A stretch of 64,000 bases of DNA from Vermamoeba vermiformis (Eukaryota): assembly GCA_045837725.1 (NCBI GenBank), contig JBEWZL010000276.1:248001-312000 (forward strand), read 5' to 3'. Of the stretch, positions 16,056-29,700 are shown piece by piece (position 1 is the first letter of the stretch; every line of letters starts with the position of its first letter). Under the pieces are notes generated by a model. The model made no database searches, was not told where the DNA came from, and saw only the letters and a list, made by a program, of their open reading frames with translations. The translations under genes and the position numbers were made by a program.

Positions 16056-16531
16056 TTATTTGTTCTTGTAGTTGCTATCGAACTTGTGCGTCATTTGAGA
16101 ATAGTCGCCGCTCAGGTTACGTCTGCTCTTAGAGTTTTCATAAGCGGGAGGAAAGTAAGTGCTGGGAATAGCCTTAGGGTTGTGCTTAATGTCTTGCACT
16201 GAAGGGATTTGTTGTTCAATCAATTGACCGCCAGTCAGCAGCTGCATGGAGCCTCCCTTAGCGACCTTGTCGACGTCCATTGAGGTGGAAGTAGATTGTT
16301 CAGGCGGTAGCACGTCTTGAGGATTGTCTCCAGCCTCACCTGCGTCTTGTTCTTGTCCGCCTTGATTGCGGTGACGAGGGTTCTTGACGCGTCGACCACC
16401 GACTTTTTCTATTTGAAGTTTTAGGTCGGAGTGTAATTGATACTCGCGAAGAACCTACCTGCAGGAGGGTGAGGGATTTTGATGTCAGATCCCAAACTTG
16501 TTTGATCTTTGAGTTGTAAGTCGTCGCTCAT
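16056..16531 (-). CDS. Death-associated protein 1 (DAP1)-like small disordered protein, 2 exons
   Basis: Splicing 16458-16409 creates HPPAEKVGGRRV, similar to the DAP1 HPPAxKxGGxRI motif. Confidence 0.55.
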
Positions 16532-16762
16532 TGCTTGTTGTGGTTATAGTGAAGTGATTGATTAGAATGATTCAAACAATGGCTTAAATCTCTTCCGGCT
16601 GCAGCAATTATTCCGAAATTCCTCTCCTCCGTTGTTTTTTATTCGGAAAATCCATTTACATTTGGTACAAATCTGCTGTTTGTTTCGATATCCGCGCACA
16701 AATTGAGTACAAAATGATTTCATTCTAGCGCGACTGGTCTAGTTATCGCAATTGCTGTCCGA

Positions 16763-17264
16763 TTACGCTTTCGGTGTTGTGTAATGATTAAAAGTACGAT
16801 ATACTTTGCCAGCCTGATCGACGAAAAATACCTCCACTGCAAGTCTTCCATTGATGCTCTCGTAATACATTGCCACACTATCTACACCGAGCAGGACTTG
16901 CATCAGCTTTAGATGGATTGCGGGGAATAGACTTAAGCAGGTTTCAAAATAATGACGAATCCGCTCTTTGCCTAGCAATTGAGTCTTTCCAGGTTCATTA
17001 AGCACACGGGGTATAAGGGGTGAATGAAACTCAATATTGTCCGCAAAGTGGTTCCTGGAGAAGATATCACAAAGATTTTTCTTTAAAAATTGAATTCAAT
17101 ATCTTACATAATCATATTGATATCTCTACTATTCCAGGCCTTCACCCAATGTTCCTTATGAATTTTTTTAAATTATCCGTCGGGCTGTTTAAGTTGAAAG
17201 ATTACGTGACACTTACTGCCATAGCTTGGGCTGAGGCTTCATTCAACACAAATGGGCTCGTCAT
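16763..17264 (-). CDS. SnoaL-like / NTF2-fold protein of bacterial type, 3 exons
   Basis: Spliced: EHWVKAWNSRDINMIMNHFADNIEFHSPLIPRVLNEPGKTQLLGKERIRHYF...LLGVDSVAMYYESINGRLAVEVFFVDQAGKVYRTFNHY. Confidence 0.8.
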
Positions 17265-17418
17265 ATTCAATATTGGAGGGTAGGGTTGTATACTATTCAG
17301 GTGTTGTTGGTTGTTAACCAAAGTCATCAAATTTGTGTTTTCTAATGAGCTGACACGGGTGTTATATTCACACTATTCTTTATATAGCTAATTATATACT
17401 CAAACAACAGCATTCTAT

Positions 17419-18954
17419 TTAAACATTTTTGAGCATCTTGCAAATAGCATCAGTGTACGCGGAGGTCGTAGCATTTCCGCCCAAGTCACCAGTGATGTAC
17501 TTGCCTTCTTTGATCACGGCCAGAGCAGCTTGTTCAATGCGCTTGGCATACTGATTGAGACCCATGTGATTGAGCATCATCACAGCGGACAGCAGCAAGG
17601 CAGTGGGGTTGGCCTTGTTCTTGCCAGCAATGTCCGGGGCAGTACCGTGCACTGACTCGAAGATGGCACCTTCATCACCAATGTTGCCTGAAGGAGTGAG
17701 ACCGAGACCTCCGATCAGACCTGCGCACAGATCACTGACGACGTCACCGTAGAGATTGGGCAACACCATCACGTCAAACTTCTCGGGATTCATGACGAGC
17801 TAATTACAGATATTAGTGCACGTTCATGTAGGACAGCTGTCACACGACTCCGATCACTCACCTTCATGCAGACTGTGTCCAAGTTGACTTCTTCGTACTT
17901 GATGTGAGGATAAGCAGCAGCGACTTCGCGCACAGTGGTCAAGAAGAGACCGTCAGACTTCTTCATAATGTTCGCTTTGTGCACGGCTGTCACTTTCTTG
18001 CGGTAGTTCTGCGTGGCGTATTGGAAGGCAAAGTTGGCAATCTTGCGCGAGGCCTCATAAGTGATGACTTTAATGCTCTGCGCGACACCAGGCACGACAG
18101 TGTGTTCGAGACCAGAGTATTCACCTTCAGTGTTCTCACGAATGGTCACAACATCGACATTGTCGTAGCGAGTGCGCTTCTCAACACCGGGAATGGTCAA
18201 GCAAGGACGCACGTTGGCGTAGAGCTTGAAGGTCTGGCGGAGTGCCAAGTTGAGTGAACGGTGACCCTTGCCGATCGGTGTGGCGAGAGGACCTTTGAGA
18301 CCAATCTTGTTGCGCTTCATGGACTCAATCACTTCGTCACTCACACCCTTCTCCGGGGTGACTTGATGCACTTCCCAATTGATCGGAGCACCGGCAGCCT
18401 AATGAAGTGTTAGTGACTCGATCGATGGCACTGATTAGAGGCACTACTCACCTCGAAGATGGTCTGAACAGCAGTGCTGATCTCGGGACCAATGCCGTCA
18501 CCAGGAATCAAGGTCACTGTGCGCTTGGGCTGATAATGGGATGTTTGTTAATATTAGTGCCACTTGTAGGTATTAATCGATCGTTAAAAGTAGCGCTGGC
18601 ACGACGGGATCTTCAGCCGAAAAAAATTCTTGTCATGTCGATATTTGGTCTGATAATATCAAATAAATGTTCGGGTATATTTGTTTACCTCTCCAGCATA
18701 GCTTCTGACAGCAAATAAAGAGCCATTGGCCACCACTGTATTTTCTAAATTTTATTCGTTAAAAATCACAATGAGCTCAACATTAAATTTAAACGAGAGA
18801 ATAGATGTTCGGAAATTAATTCCAAAGCATTCATATTCAAAATAAGATCATTGTGACAACTGTTATGCAAAGTGTACTATTGTTGTCGGATTAATTTGGA
18901 ATTTGGCTTACTTGTGGTGGTTTTGACTGATTGTGCCAATACTCTACGCAACAT
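17419..18954 (-). CDS. IDH3A: NAD-dependent isocitrate dehydrogenase, catalytic (alpha-type) subunit, mitochondrial
   Basis: Presequence [16 protein letters not shown]...[69 protein letters not shown]. Confidence 0.92.
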
Positions 18955-19118
18955 TATTCAGTGACTGTTATATTATAGATGATCGGTGTTTACGCCGAAT
19001 AAACAAGAAAATAGAACTGTTAAAAAACGGTCAGAAAAATTTAGGCTAATTTTGGCAGGCCAAGCGAGCCGATTAAATTTCGCTATCGAGACTGTTACAA
19101 TAATCTCAATTATATATC

Positions 19119-20739
19119 ATGGAGCACACAGCTGTTACAAAGTTTCGAGAATATTTGAAAATTAAGACGGTGCATCCAACGCCCGACTACGCAGGAGCAA
19201 TTCAGTTCTTAAAGCACTATGCTGACGAATATGGCTTTAAATATGAAGTGTTTGAGGTCAGTAATTAAAAACAACGGCAGCAGTGAGGCAATTTCAATAA
19301 TATTGGATAATTGGTAGGTTGTTCCTGGCAAGCCATTCTTTATGATCAAATACGAAGGCCAAGGTATTAATAATTTACAATATTCTAATTAATAAAATGA
19401 AATAACAATTATCAACTGTCACCAGATCCGAGTTTGCCTGCAGTATTGCTCAATAGGTACGTGTGTAGCACTATAATTGAATAGTATTATTAATGTTTTT
19501 TAGTCATATGGACGTAGTACCATTTTTTGCGGTAAGAATATATTCGCGTACGTGCGGTGGATCTAATTCTTGTACAGGAACGGTGGAAAGTCGATCCGTT
19601 CTCCGCGCACAAGGACGAAGAGGGCAATATTTACGCGCGTGGCACTCAAGACATGAAGTGCGTCACCATACAGTACATTGAGGCCTTGCACCGTCTGAAG
19701 CAAAGCGGCAAAACCCTTGCGCGCACGATCTACCTCGCGGCGGTGCCCGACGAGGAGATTGGTGGTCACGATGGTGTAGCGAAGTGGGTGAACACACCGC
19801 AGTTCAAAGCACTCAACATTGGCTTTGCACTCGACGAGGGCTTGGCCAGTCCTGACGCGAGCATGACACTGTTCAAAGGAGAGCGCGCCCCGTGCTGTAA
19901 GTGCGCAGTAGCAGCGAGGGACAGTGACTGAGTGCATATACAGGGCTCTATTTGAAGGCAAGTGGTCCCACTGGTCACGGCAGCAGACTGTTCGAGGGCA
20001 CTGCTGTGGACAAGTTGCACAAATGTCTCGAGAAGTTCACTACATTCCGCGATGCAGAGCTGAAGAAGTTGACAGAGCAAGGTCTGACATTGGGCGAAGT
20101 GACTACTGTCAACATCAACATGCTCAAGGTACCGAGTGACGGCTCATTGACACGTGTCAAAGCTGTGACACTAACGTCTGTTGTTAGTCTGGTGTCTGGT
20201 CTGATCACTGCTGCGGTGGCTGGCAAACCAAGTAAGTCAACGCGATGATGTGACACGTGTCAATTGCTGACTGGCATTAGCATTATTCCGCCCGATGCAG
20301 AGGCAGCGATTGACATTCGTATTGCCCCCACGGTAGACTTGCCACAGTTCTACACCATGATTGAAGACTGGTGCAAAGACGTGACCCTGACCTATCAGCA
20401 GAAGACACCGACCAATGTGATCACACCGACTGAGGACTCCAATCCCTGGTGGGTGGCCTTCAAGGGCGCGTGTGACTCAGTGTACGTATCAACGAACATC
20501 ATATTTGTGTTGCTAATGACTGGTCTAGTGACGTCAAATTGGACATTCAAATCTTCCCCGCAGCCACTGACAGTCGCTACATTCGTGTCGCGGGTGTGCC
20601 CGCCTTTGGTTTCTCGCCCATCAATCACACACCGATCTTGTTGCACGACCACAACGAGTTCTTGAACGAGAAGATCTTTTTGCACGGCATTGATGTCTAC
20701 GTGCCAATCATTGAACGACTGGCCAATGTCAAGGCTTAA
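19119..20739 (+). CDS. ACY1: Aminoacylase-1 (M20 metallopeptidase)
   Basis: FREYLKIKTVHPTPDY, LLNSHMDVVP (across short exons), IYARGTQDMKCV, VPDEEIGGHDG, LDEGLASP, IFPAATDSRYIR, LLHDHNEFL. Confidence 0.94.
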
Positions 20740-20780
20740 GTGGTAATAAAAAAAAGAGTTAATTACACTATATTACAGTA

Positions 20781-22850
20781 TTATTTCAAAAGAATTTTGA
20801 GCATCGAGCGCGTCATCTGCTGTGCCATGGTCTGATAAAGGTTCAAAAATGAAGGCGTGCCAGTGGCTTCAAAAGGCACAATGAACCAGTGCGGGTAGTA
20901 GTAGTGGTCGCTGCTCGGATGAACGTGCAAGTCCCACTGGCTTGCCCACAGCGTGTCAATGTCGAGCACGGCAGTGTATGGCAAGTACTCGTCAAACACT
21001 GCGCGCAGATAGAGCGGCGAGGCGTTGTTCTTGCTGCACGACTGTTCTAACTGCTTCTTCAGCAGCATGGCGTGGTGATAGTACTTCGAGCCTCGCTTGG
21101 TCAATATCGAACAGCGCTCTTTGATCGAATAGAACTCGAGGGCAGTCAACAAGAGCATGGCGAACATGAACGGCAGTGTGGTGATGTCGTCAGCGAAGAA
21201 GAGGTCAGTCACGTAGTACGAGATGAGTGCGAAACAGAGCACGAGCATGGCGAGCACGCGGTACTTGGTGCGCACTTGCGAGGGTGGATTGATGTACCCT
21301 GCGTGGTGCAGTGACTGGTAGACGAGACTCTCGAACTGCGGCACAAAGACACGCATGCGATGTTTGAGCTGTTTGAAGGAGATGCCTGGCTTGGCGTTTT
21401 CGTTGGTGCCATTGGCCTCTTCATTCACGAGCGAGGTCAGCAAGTGTTCTTCGTACTGGTGCAGCGGCACTCGATCACGAATGCTGCGCGGATCACCCGT
21501 GAGTCTGATGATGAAGTCGTTTTGGCGCTGTTCAATCACGAGGTAGTTGCGACGACACAAATCCAATATTGTTGCAAGCACTTCACGTGTTGACACTCGA
21601 TTGTGCACTGTGAGGACTTGGTCAGATCTGCTCAGTCACGCAATCATCCACTCACCTAGTGTGCCGAGCAGTGCTGGGGCTAGTCGCGTCAACATCTGCA
21701 CGCGTCTGTCGTGACTGAGACTGAGGACCTTGTTGTCAATGGGCTCAGGCGTGCTGTTCGCGTAGTAAATGATGAGCGGCAGAATCGGCACCACGAGTCC
21801 GATGGCCTGCACTGATTAGTACTGGAGCAATAGTGCATATGTGTGCCTTACAAAGTAGATAAATCCTAGTGCCACGGAGTATTCTTCGTACACTTGCCAG
21901 CTCGGCTTGTCAATTTGAGGGTTCAGATCTGGATTGTCTAAAAATAGCCGCACTGTGAATGAAAATGAATCAGCTGTGAGGCTCTGCACCGCTGCTAGTT
22001 GTTCCTCGCGGAGTCAATGTATCATCAACAGTGATTGTATATCGGAACACTAAGGCTGTGTTTGATTTGGTCAACTGGATGTCGCGTTTAATGGAGTGGG
22101 GCCAGTTCACCGAGCTGTATTGATATTGGGCTTTAGTCCGCACAATAACTCTATACTGTACTTACTTGAACCACAGGGCATATGGCGTATCGCCATTCTT
22201 GATCACTGGCCGATAGCTCGGCGGTAATTGCAGTACGATCTGGCCCGACAATAGTGTGCTGTTAGTCACCACCGCGGGGAGGTGATAGGACGGCTTAAAG
22301 TTCCAGCAGAGATCGTAATAGCGCGAGTCATGGGCAAATTGATTAACGCGCAGCGCCTGCGGCAGTGTGTACTGGAGCAAGTAAGATCCCGCTTGATGAT
22401 TGTTATTATTATTTACATTGCTCCAATTAACTATGTTCTGTCGTTAATATTGATTAGCACTATACGAGCTCGATTTTGAATTAATAAAGCCACCTACCTC
22501 AAATTGTTGGTATGACAGGCGTTCGGATCCTTTAATCATGTAAATAATTGGCTCGCGCTTGTAATGTATCCAACATGCTAGGTAGCAGAACATATTAGTA
22601 TTTCTTTTTGCAAATCAATAAGAAATATTAATTGAGAAAAATATTTTTGTTTCGGCTTTAAATTTAAGTACTTACATTTCGGTAAAGTGATATTAGTTAC
22701 AGGAATATTATTTATAAATGTAGGAAAATTTTCTTCGACAATAATGTCGCCAGTGAGCCGTAGATCTAACAGATAATTGGTATGCGCGCTGCACAGGCTG
22801 GTGCAGAACACAACCAGTAGCCATAGCGTCACTACGCACTGGCAAGGCAT
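20781..22850 (-). CDS. DUF2207 (YciQ-like) membrane protein with signal peptide; one apparent +1 frame discontinuity near 22010
   Basis: YLLQYTLPQAL...YYDLCWNF, PALLGTLVHNRVSTREVLATILDLCRRNYLVIEQ, LTKRG and FDEYLPYTAVLDIDTLWASQW resemble DUF2207 motifs; hydrophobic helices. Confidence 0.7.
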
Positions 22851-23079
22851 GTAGTGTTGTGCAAGTGTTTGGAAGGAAAAATTGGTCAATGCTTCACCTA
22901 TTCTTAGGAGCCCAAAATAGATCAGTAGACACTTTGCTTACGGGAGTGTGGTCACACTGGCTTAGAAAAGTGCTTTGAACAATTTTTCAAATTTCTAAGC
23001 CTTGTGCATTATTTAAGATCAGCCTGTTCTGGTCTTTTGCCGATCTGGACCATTATTTTCGGCTTTGCAACAGAAGAAC

Positions 23080-24695
23080 ATGAAAGCGACCGACAATGCT
23101 CGAAATTTAGCAATACTATGGACTATACACGCACTTATGCTCCTTGGATCGTATTTCAGCGCATTTTGCTTCGGAATATGGCTCTATGAAAGAAGTGAGA
23201 GATCAATCACAGATCTTTCGCGATTGACGTTTCTAAGGTGAGAAAAAATAATTTGAATGCATAATCGCTGCCCATTATTACCATGCTGACATTTTTTGTA
23301 AGTGATCTGCCCGGAATCCTTCTTATGCCGCTATCAGGCATAATCATTGACCGATTCTCAAGGTACTGGCTAATTAACACCACAACGAGTCTAATGTGCG
23401 AACAGAAAGTGGGTGCTCTCAGGCTCGGTGATCATTTACGTGTTAGCGGCATTAGTTTTGTATGTGGTTTCGGCTTTCTACGGCACGGTCAACAACGGCC
23501 ACATCGCCATCTCATGTAAGTTGGGAGATGTAAGATAATGAGCTCTTACTTATTGCCTTACAGACTTGCTCACTAGTGTAGGCAATGCCTTCTATTCACC
23601 GGTCGTAGTCTCGTCCATCTCGATGCTCACCACAGCGGATCAGTACACGCGTATAAATGGTACTTATCTACGACTAACACTGCACGTGTTAACACTCGCT
23701 AGGGTTCTTTGACGCAGCTGACGGGCTCGCTCAGCTACTGAGTCCTATTGCGGGTGGACTGGTGATGAACAACAGCGACATACACCTCGCTATTGTCATC
23801 AATGCAGTGCTACATGTGATGCCTCTCGCATTGCTGCCATTCATTGCATTCAAGCACGTGACTGACAAGCACATCACTGAGGGCGATGACGATAGTTTTT
23901 CGTGGCGTGAGGCCTTTGTAGGAGCACGAATGATCTCTGAGCTGAACATGATCAGCGTGCTCGTTCTCAACACGGTCAATTACCTCGTGATCATCAATGT
24001 CATGGAGCTGTTCATGCCGGTAAGTTGTCAGACTTCTAGTTCGCAGGATGCTAACGTCATGTTGCAGATCACACTCAATGTCACTACGGCATCGGTGCAC
24101 GGTAAGTACTGCCACTAGTAGCGAGTGTATATAGTAGCACTAACTTTGTTCTTGGACTTAGGAATCATCTCTTCGCTGCAAGGTGCGTCGATGATACTCG
24201 GAGGTGTGCTGTCAGGTCGTCTCTCATCCACGCGTCACTTGCACATGGTAACAAGTACAGCCACACTGCAGTGCTTTCTCATCGCGCTGCTCGCATTGCA
24301 GTTCACGTCCTTGTCCAACATTGCACTGCTCACTTGTCTCATCATGTTGCTCGACCCATTCATTGCCTCCAATCAGCGCACGGTGTGGCAGCAATCAGTG
24401 CCTGTGTCGCTGCATGGTCGCGTATTTGCATTCATCAAAATGATCGAGAGCATTGTTTTGTTCGTCATTGCACTCGTGTTGGGACCCCTCACTGATGACT
24501 GGCTCGCTCCTTGGGCTGCTGAACATCTCTCAGCCTACAAGTGCGTCTCAAACAATGTCTCATCTTATCTAACCTCGTCTTTGTAGAAGTGTCACTGGCG
24601 TACATCTCGTCGTGCTCTTGTTTGCGCTGTTGCAGGGCATCACGTTGTTTGTAGTCTATCTCATTCGAAGGCCGAAGCGACCAAAATTGACTTAA
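23080..24695 (+). CDS. Major facilitator superfamily transporter, DHA3/MefA-like
   Basis: LPGILLMPLSGIIIDRFSRKWVL (MFS motif A), LLSPIAGGL, QRTVWQQSVPVSLHGRVFAFIKMI...LGPLTD; many TM segments across ~8 exons. Confidence 0.85.
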
Positions 24696-24787
24696 ATCAA
24701 TTCTCCTACTTGTATAATTGTGCTATATTACTGTAAAAAACTATTTATAAAATCGCAAAAATGTAAACGCAAAATCGGATCAGGTCA

Positions 24788-25743
24788 TTATTTGATCCAG
24801 TTGATATAAGCACCAGTAACACTAGCTGTTAGGGCACAGCACATGACGAATGTAGTGTAATAAGGATTCTTCAAGCCAATCTCCAAGCCATCAGCTGCGT
24901 GGATCGTGTCTGCCATGAACTTGACCAGCGACAATTTGACGATTTTCTGACGCTTCTTCAAGGCTGCGTTGTCAGCCAACAACTTTTTGCGGTCATCTTC
25001 GGTGACATTGGCCGCATAGAGATTGTCGTAGCGGACTTTGAGCTGCGATTCTGCGAGCAAGAGTTGATTGCGCAGCAATTCGCGAGTCAATTTGTAGAGG
25101 CCAATAAGCAGGCCCAAGAACCAATATACGTTTGAGAAATAATCTACCAAGTCTACATTCATGTCTAGCATGCTGTATACCCAGGTCAAGGAATCATAGA
25201 AGTCACAGAGCATCAAGATCCACGACTCGACAATATTCAAATATCGCTCGCCAGATGATTTGTAGGTAGCACGATAGGCGTCGCGAATGTCCACTATATT
25301 ACCAAAGACATCCCCAAATCTAAAGAGAAATAAGTACTTTTCTAAGATCAGTGCGTGACCCGAAGCAGTAAACAATTAATTCCACTGTCTAAAGACAATA
25401 AAAACATTAATTGATAACAATATACTAACCTCATCGCTCTACGCGCACGGCTGAGCTCTTTGGAAATCTTTGAGACTAAGACGATCCCGTATTGCTTCTT
25501 TTTTTCTGGGCTGTTGATTGTCTTAATTTGCACAATCAATTTGATCAAATATTGAGTGACTCGAAAGAACTACAATAACATTCTTGTTAGAAAAGCGCAA
25601 GTGTAACAATAAACAATTCGCCAATAATTAATTAAATACAATCGAACAATCAAAGGTCCCTCGCTCTAAATTATTACCTTATCTCGTCCACCTTTTTTGT
25701 CGATGTAAACGCTGACTTTGTCAAATGCTTGTAATAACGCCAT
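24788..25743 (-). CDS. PEX11: Peroxisomal biogenesis factor 11 family protein
   Basis: YIDKKGGRDKFFRVTQYLIKL...SKELSRARRAMRFG; C-terminal LSLVKFMADTIHA and TM helix ending YINWIK. Confidence 0.82.
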
Positions 25744-25951
25744 CTGGGATCTGGATTTGCTCGTGCCCGGTTATTCCCGCAAATGCTGATTAACGGCTAT
25801 CCTAACCAAATATACGTTTATCACGTGATGTACTCGATTGTGGAGTACTTGCTCGCTTCGCAGTGCGACTAACGCCCGCGTCCTGACCCGAACAAAAATA
25901 TCGCGGTGCCAAAATCTCGCAGTAATTAGTTAAATACGAGGATAAACCACA

Positions 25952-26604
25952 ATGGTACGTTTGGTGCATAATATGTCTATAACAATAAATCAGTACTTAA
26001 TTTTGGGACATTTACTGCAGGACGCCAGATTGTCTGCCGAACAAGAAGCTGAATACAGAGAGATCTTCGGCTTTTGGGATAAAGAAAAGGCTGGATCAAT
26101 AGATTTGGCCAAGCTTAAGCTATTGATGAAGTAAGAACGGAAATTACAACGATTTATTATTAATTATTATTTCACACCAAAAAATCTTTTCGATATTGAC
26201 GCTAATTTAAAGACAAAATACGAATGGACCACGAGAAATAATTCAGTGAATATTTACTAACGTCAAATTTCTCGTCGTACAGGAGTTTAGGAGAGGAACT
26301 TACCGATCAAGAACTGAACAAGATGGCCCCTGGTGGTCGCATTGATTTCAACGCGTTTTTGGCCAACAGACAAGACAAGTGGGCTAAAGCTCAATCAGGC
26401 GAGGACGTCATCAACGCCTTTGCATTCTTCGATATCAACGGTGACGGCCGTGTGCCTGTCGAGTTGTTGCGCGGTGTGTTGACGCAATTGGGTGAGCCCC
26501 TGTCAGACGCAGAGTTCAACAAGATGGTGCAAGACGCAGAGGGCACTGGCGGCACTATTGACTACAGACGATTTGTGGAGAAGATGAAAAAGAACGCTTA
26601 TTAA
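25952..26604 (+). CDS. Calmodulin-like / myosin light chain-like EF-hand protein
   Basis: ATG-only first exon; LSAEQEAEYREIFGFWDKEKAGSI, AFAFFDINGDGRVPVELLRGVLTQLGEPLSDAE, GTIDYRRFV. Confidence 0.85.
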
Positions 26605-26765
26605 AAGAGTCTTGTTCGCGTGTACTATACTATTAAATATTACTTATCAACGTTCAGTGGTTAGGACAATAGTTGCGACACCACGTGCTTGAAACGTTGC
26701 AACACGTCACATTTAGCAGAAAAATATCTGTATGCTTTGCGAGTTAAATACAGGACCACATCACC

Positions 26766-29700
26766 ATGTCTAAGAAAAAGGTGTCCACTAAGGGCCAGTC
26801 ATCAATATCAAAGTACTTCACTGAGAAGCCAACTATCAAGGCACCCAAAGTTACCAAGGATGAGGAAAAGACAGAAAAAGAATTGGAGTCAGCGAAAAAA
26901 ATTCAAGAACAATTAGATAAGGTAGCTATGCACGAATATAACGAAAGTTACGTTAGTTCAGAAAATATACTTCCAAAATTATTTAAAAATTCGCGGCAAA
27001 AATTAATTAAATAGTTGACAACAAGATTAACAGTCCTTGTAGTTCAAAAGCACTGCTCCGCCACAGGCAAGATCATCTGCAGCCAAAAAACGCGGTAGAT
27101 CTGAAGATGATGCTGAGGAAACGTCGCAACCCCCAACCAAGAAGGCGAAAAAGAGCACAGTAGTTGTGGACAGTGCCATCATGCAGAAGCTATCAGGTCT
27201 TACGCGTGATGACGAGAGGCACGAGAGATTTGTCAAGAAGTTAGCTTCGTGGACTGAGGCAGAAGCCAATGGGGACAATGACGATGATGACGAGGAAGGC
27301 AGTGGCAGTGAGGGTGAAGGAGATGACGAGGAGGAAGAGAAGCCCAAAGGCAAGGCTAAACCAGCTGCTAAGAAAGCTGCGGGCAAGAAGAGCAAGTACA
27401 CCCCGCTCGAGACACAATACCTCGAAATGAAGAAAAAATGTCCTGATGCTATTCTCTTTGTCGAGGCCGGTTACAGATACAAGTTCTTCGGAGAGGACGC
27501 AGAAGTGAGTCGATTAGTGTGACGTATTTTTCTTCGAAATATTTAACCGGATCCAGATTGCTGCACGAGTCCTTGGCATTCATGCACACTTCCAACATAA
27601 CTTCTTGAGTACCAGTATCCCTGTGCATCGATTGCCAGTCCATGTTAAGAAGTACTAAATATTGTCTGCATTTCGTGGAAACAATAACTCAATTTTTTTT
27701 CCAGGTTAGTTTCTTGCGGCTACAAAGTTGGTGTAGTGAGTCAGATGGAAACTGCCGCGCTCAAAGCAGTCAGCAGTAAGAAATCAGGCCCATTCAAGCG
27801 TGACTTAACTGGCCTGTACACTAAAGCAACACTCACTGGCAATTGTAAGTATGCTGGACCCTCTATTGGTTATTAATGTCTGCGTAGTGATGGATCCGTT
27901 GAGTTCTGATGAAGGAAGCTATGCAAACTATTTGGTGTGTATTTACGAAGAGGCAGAGAGTGACTTGGCCGAGGAAGTGACATTCGGGTTGATGGCCGTG
28001 CAGTCCAACACAGGTGACATTATTTACGATTGCTTCAAAGATAATGTCACGCGCAATGAATTGGGTAAGTCATTGTATTTTGTTTGCTTTAAGGCTCATT
28101 GTAACTAGACACTCGCTTGCAACACATCCAACCCGTTGAAATTATTGTGCCCGAGAAGATGACAATCGCTTCGGAACGATTGCTGCGTAATTTTACACGC
28201 ACGAGAGTGAAAGAAGACAGCATTAGATTGGAGCGATTGTCCGCTGAAAAATTCGATGAAGATAACGCCACTTCACTGATCGAGCACTTGAAGTACAAGA
28301 TGGAGCACGATCTTGAAATTGAAGTGCCTGTTGCTACCGATGAGGATGAAATGAGCGATGTTGAGGACGAGGATAAAGTACTCAAGCTGCAAATGTCCAG
28401 AGAACAAGCTGCCAAGACAACAACAGCGTTAGAATCGATTCTCAAATCACAACCAGCTCCAATGAAGCTGTGTCTCGGTGCGCTCGTGAATTACTTGCAT
28501 GACTTTGGCCTCGACACGCTCTTCTACCTCGATTGCAATTTTAGACACTTTACCCATGTGGACTTCATGAAGATTGACGGCACTGCGCTGAGCAATCTTG
28601 AACTATTGCGCAATCAGTCGAACAATACTGAACGAGGCTCGTTGTTGTGGGTGCTTGATCACACCTCCACAATGTTCGGTCGTCGATTGTTAATCAACTG
28701 GATCAAACAACCGCTCATCGATAGCAAGTAAGTACATCAAATTTGATGCGCGGCAATAGTGTATTGACTCTTTGCAGCAAAATTATTGAGCGATTAGACG
28801 CCGTTGAGGAGATTCATCAAGAATTCAACGAGACTCTTACCAAGTTAGTCAAATTGTTGAAGAAATTGCCTGATTTGGAAAGAGGCATTTGTCGCATTTA
28901 CTATAAGCGTTGTTCAATTCAGGAGTTTGTGGCAGTATTGCAAGCTTACAAGACGTAAGTTAAGGAATTAAAATTGAATCAACCTAATGCTACAATTTAG
29001 CGTGCTTGAAGCGCTGCCGAGCGGAGATCAACTGGAAGAAATTAATTCTACTCTGCTGAAGAATTTGTTCAGTGAGATGCCCGATGTTTCCAAGGACGTC
29101 GAGTACTTCTTGGGAGCAATCAATTTTGAATCGTTGAAGACAGCCAAAGCAGAACCCACCTCCAACTCGCCCAAGGAGAACATGTCTGCATTCTTGAACG
29201 ACAAATTCTTCCCGAAGATGACTGAAGCCAAGAAACACATTCAGGAGATTGAAGCGAATTTGCAGACCCACCTCTTTGAAGTGCGTAAAGTAGTTCGTGA
29301 CTTCGCGCTAGATTACGTTACGAAGTTGGGCACGGAGGTATGTCTATAATCGGATTTGTGGGTGCACTCACTGACGCCGTGTAGTATTTGATTGAGGTAA
29401 AGAAAACTCAAGCCAGCAAAGTGCCCAACGACTGGACCTACATGGGCGGCACGAAGGTGTTGAGTCGCTATCACACACCGTACATCAAAGAACAAGTCGC
29501 GCTGCTCAATCAGTGGCGCGAGACATTAGCCCTCGAGTCTGAGAATGCTTGGACCAACTTTTTGAGCACCTTCGCGAGCAAATACACCAAGTTCAGCTCC
29601 ATCATGCGCAAGCTGGCTGTGTTTGATTGCTTAGCATCGCTGGCCTATGTCGCTCGGCAACAGAACTACACTCGCCCCGAAATCACTGACGAGCACTGCT

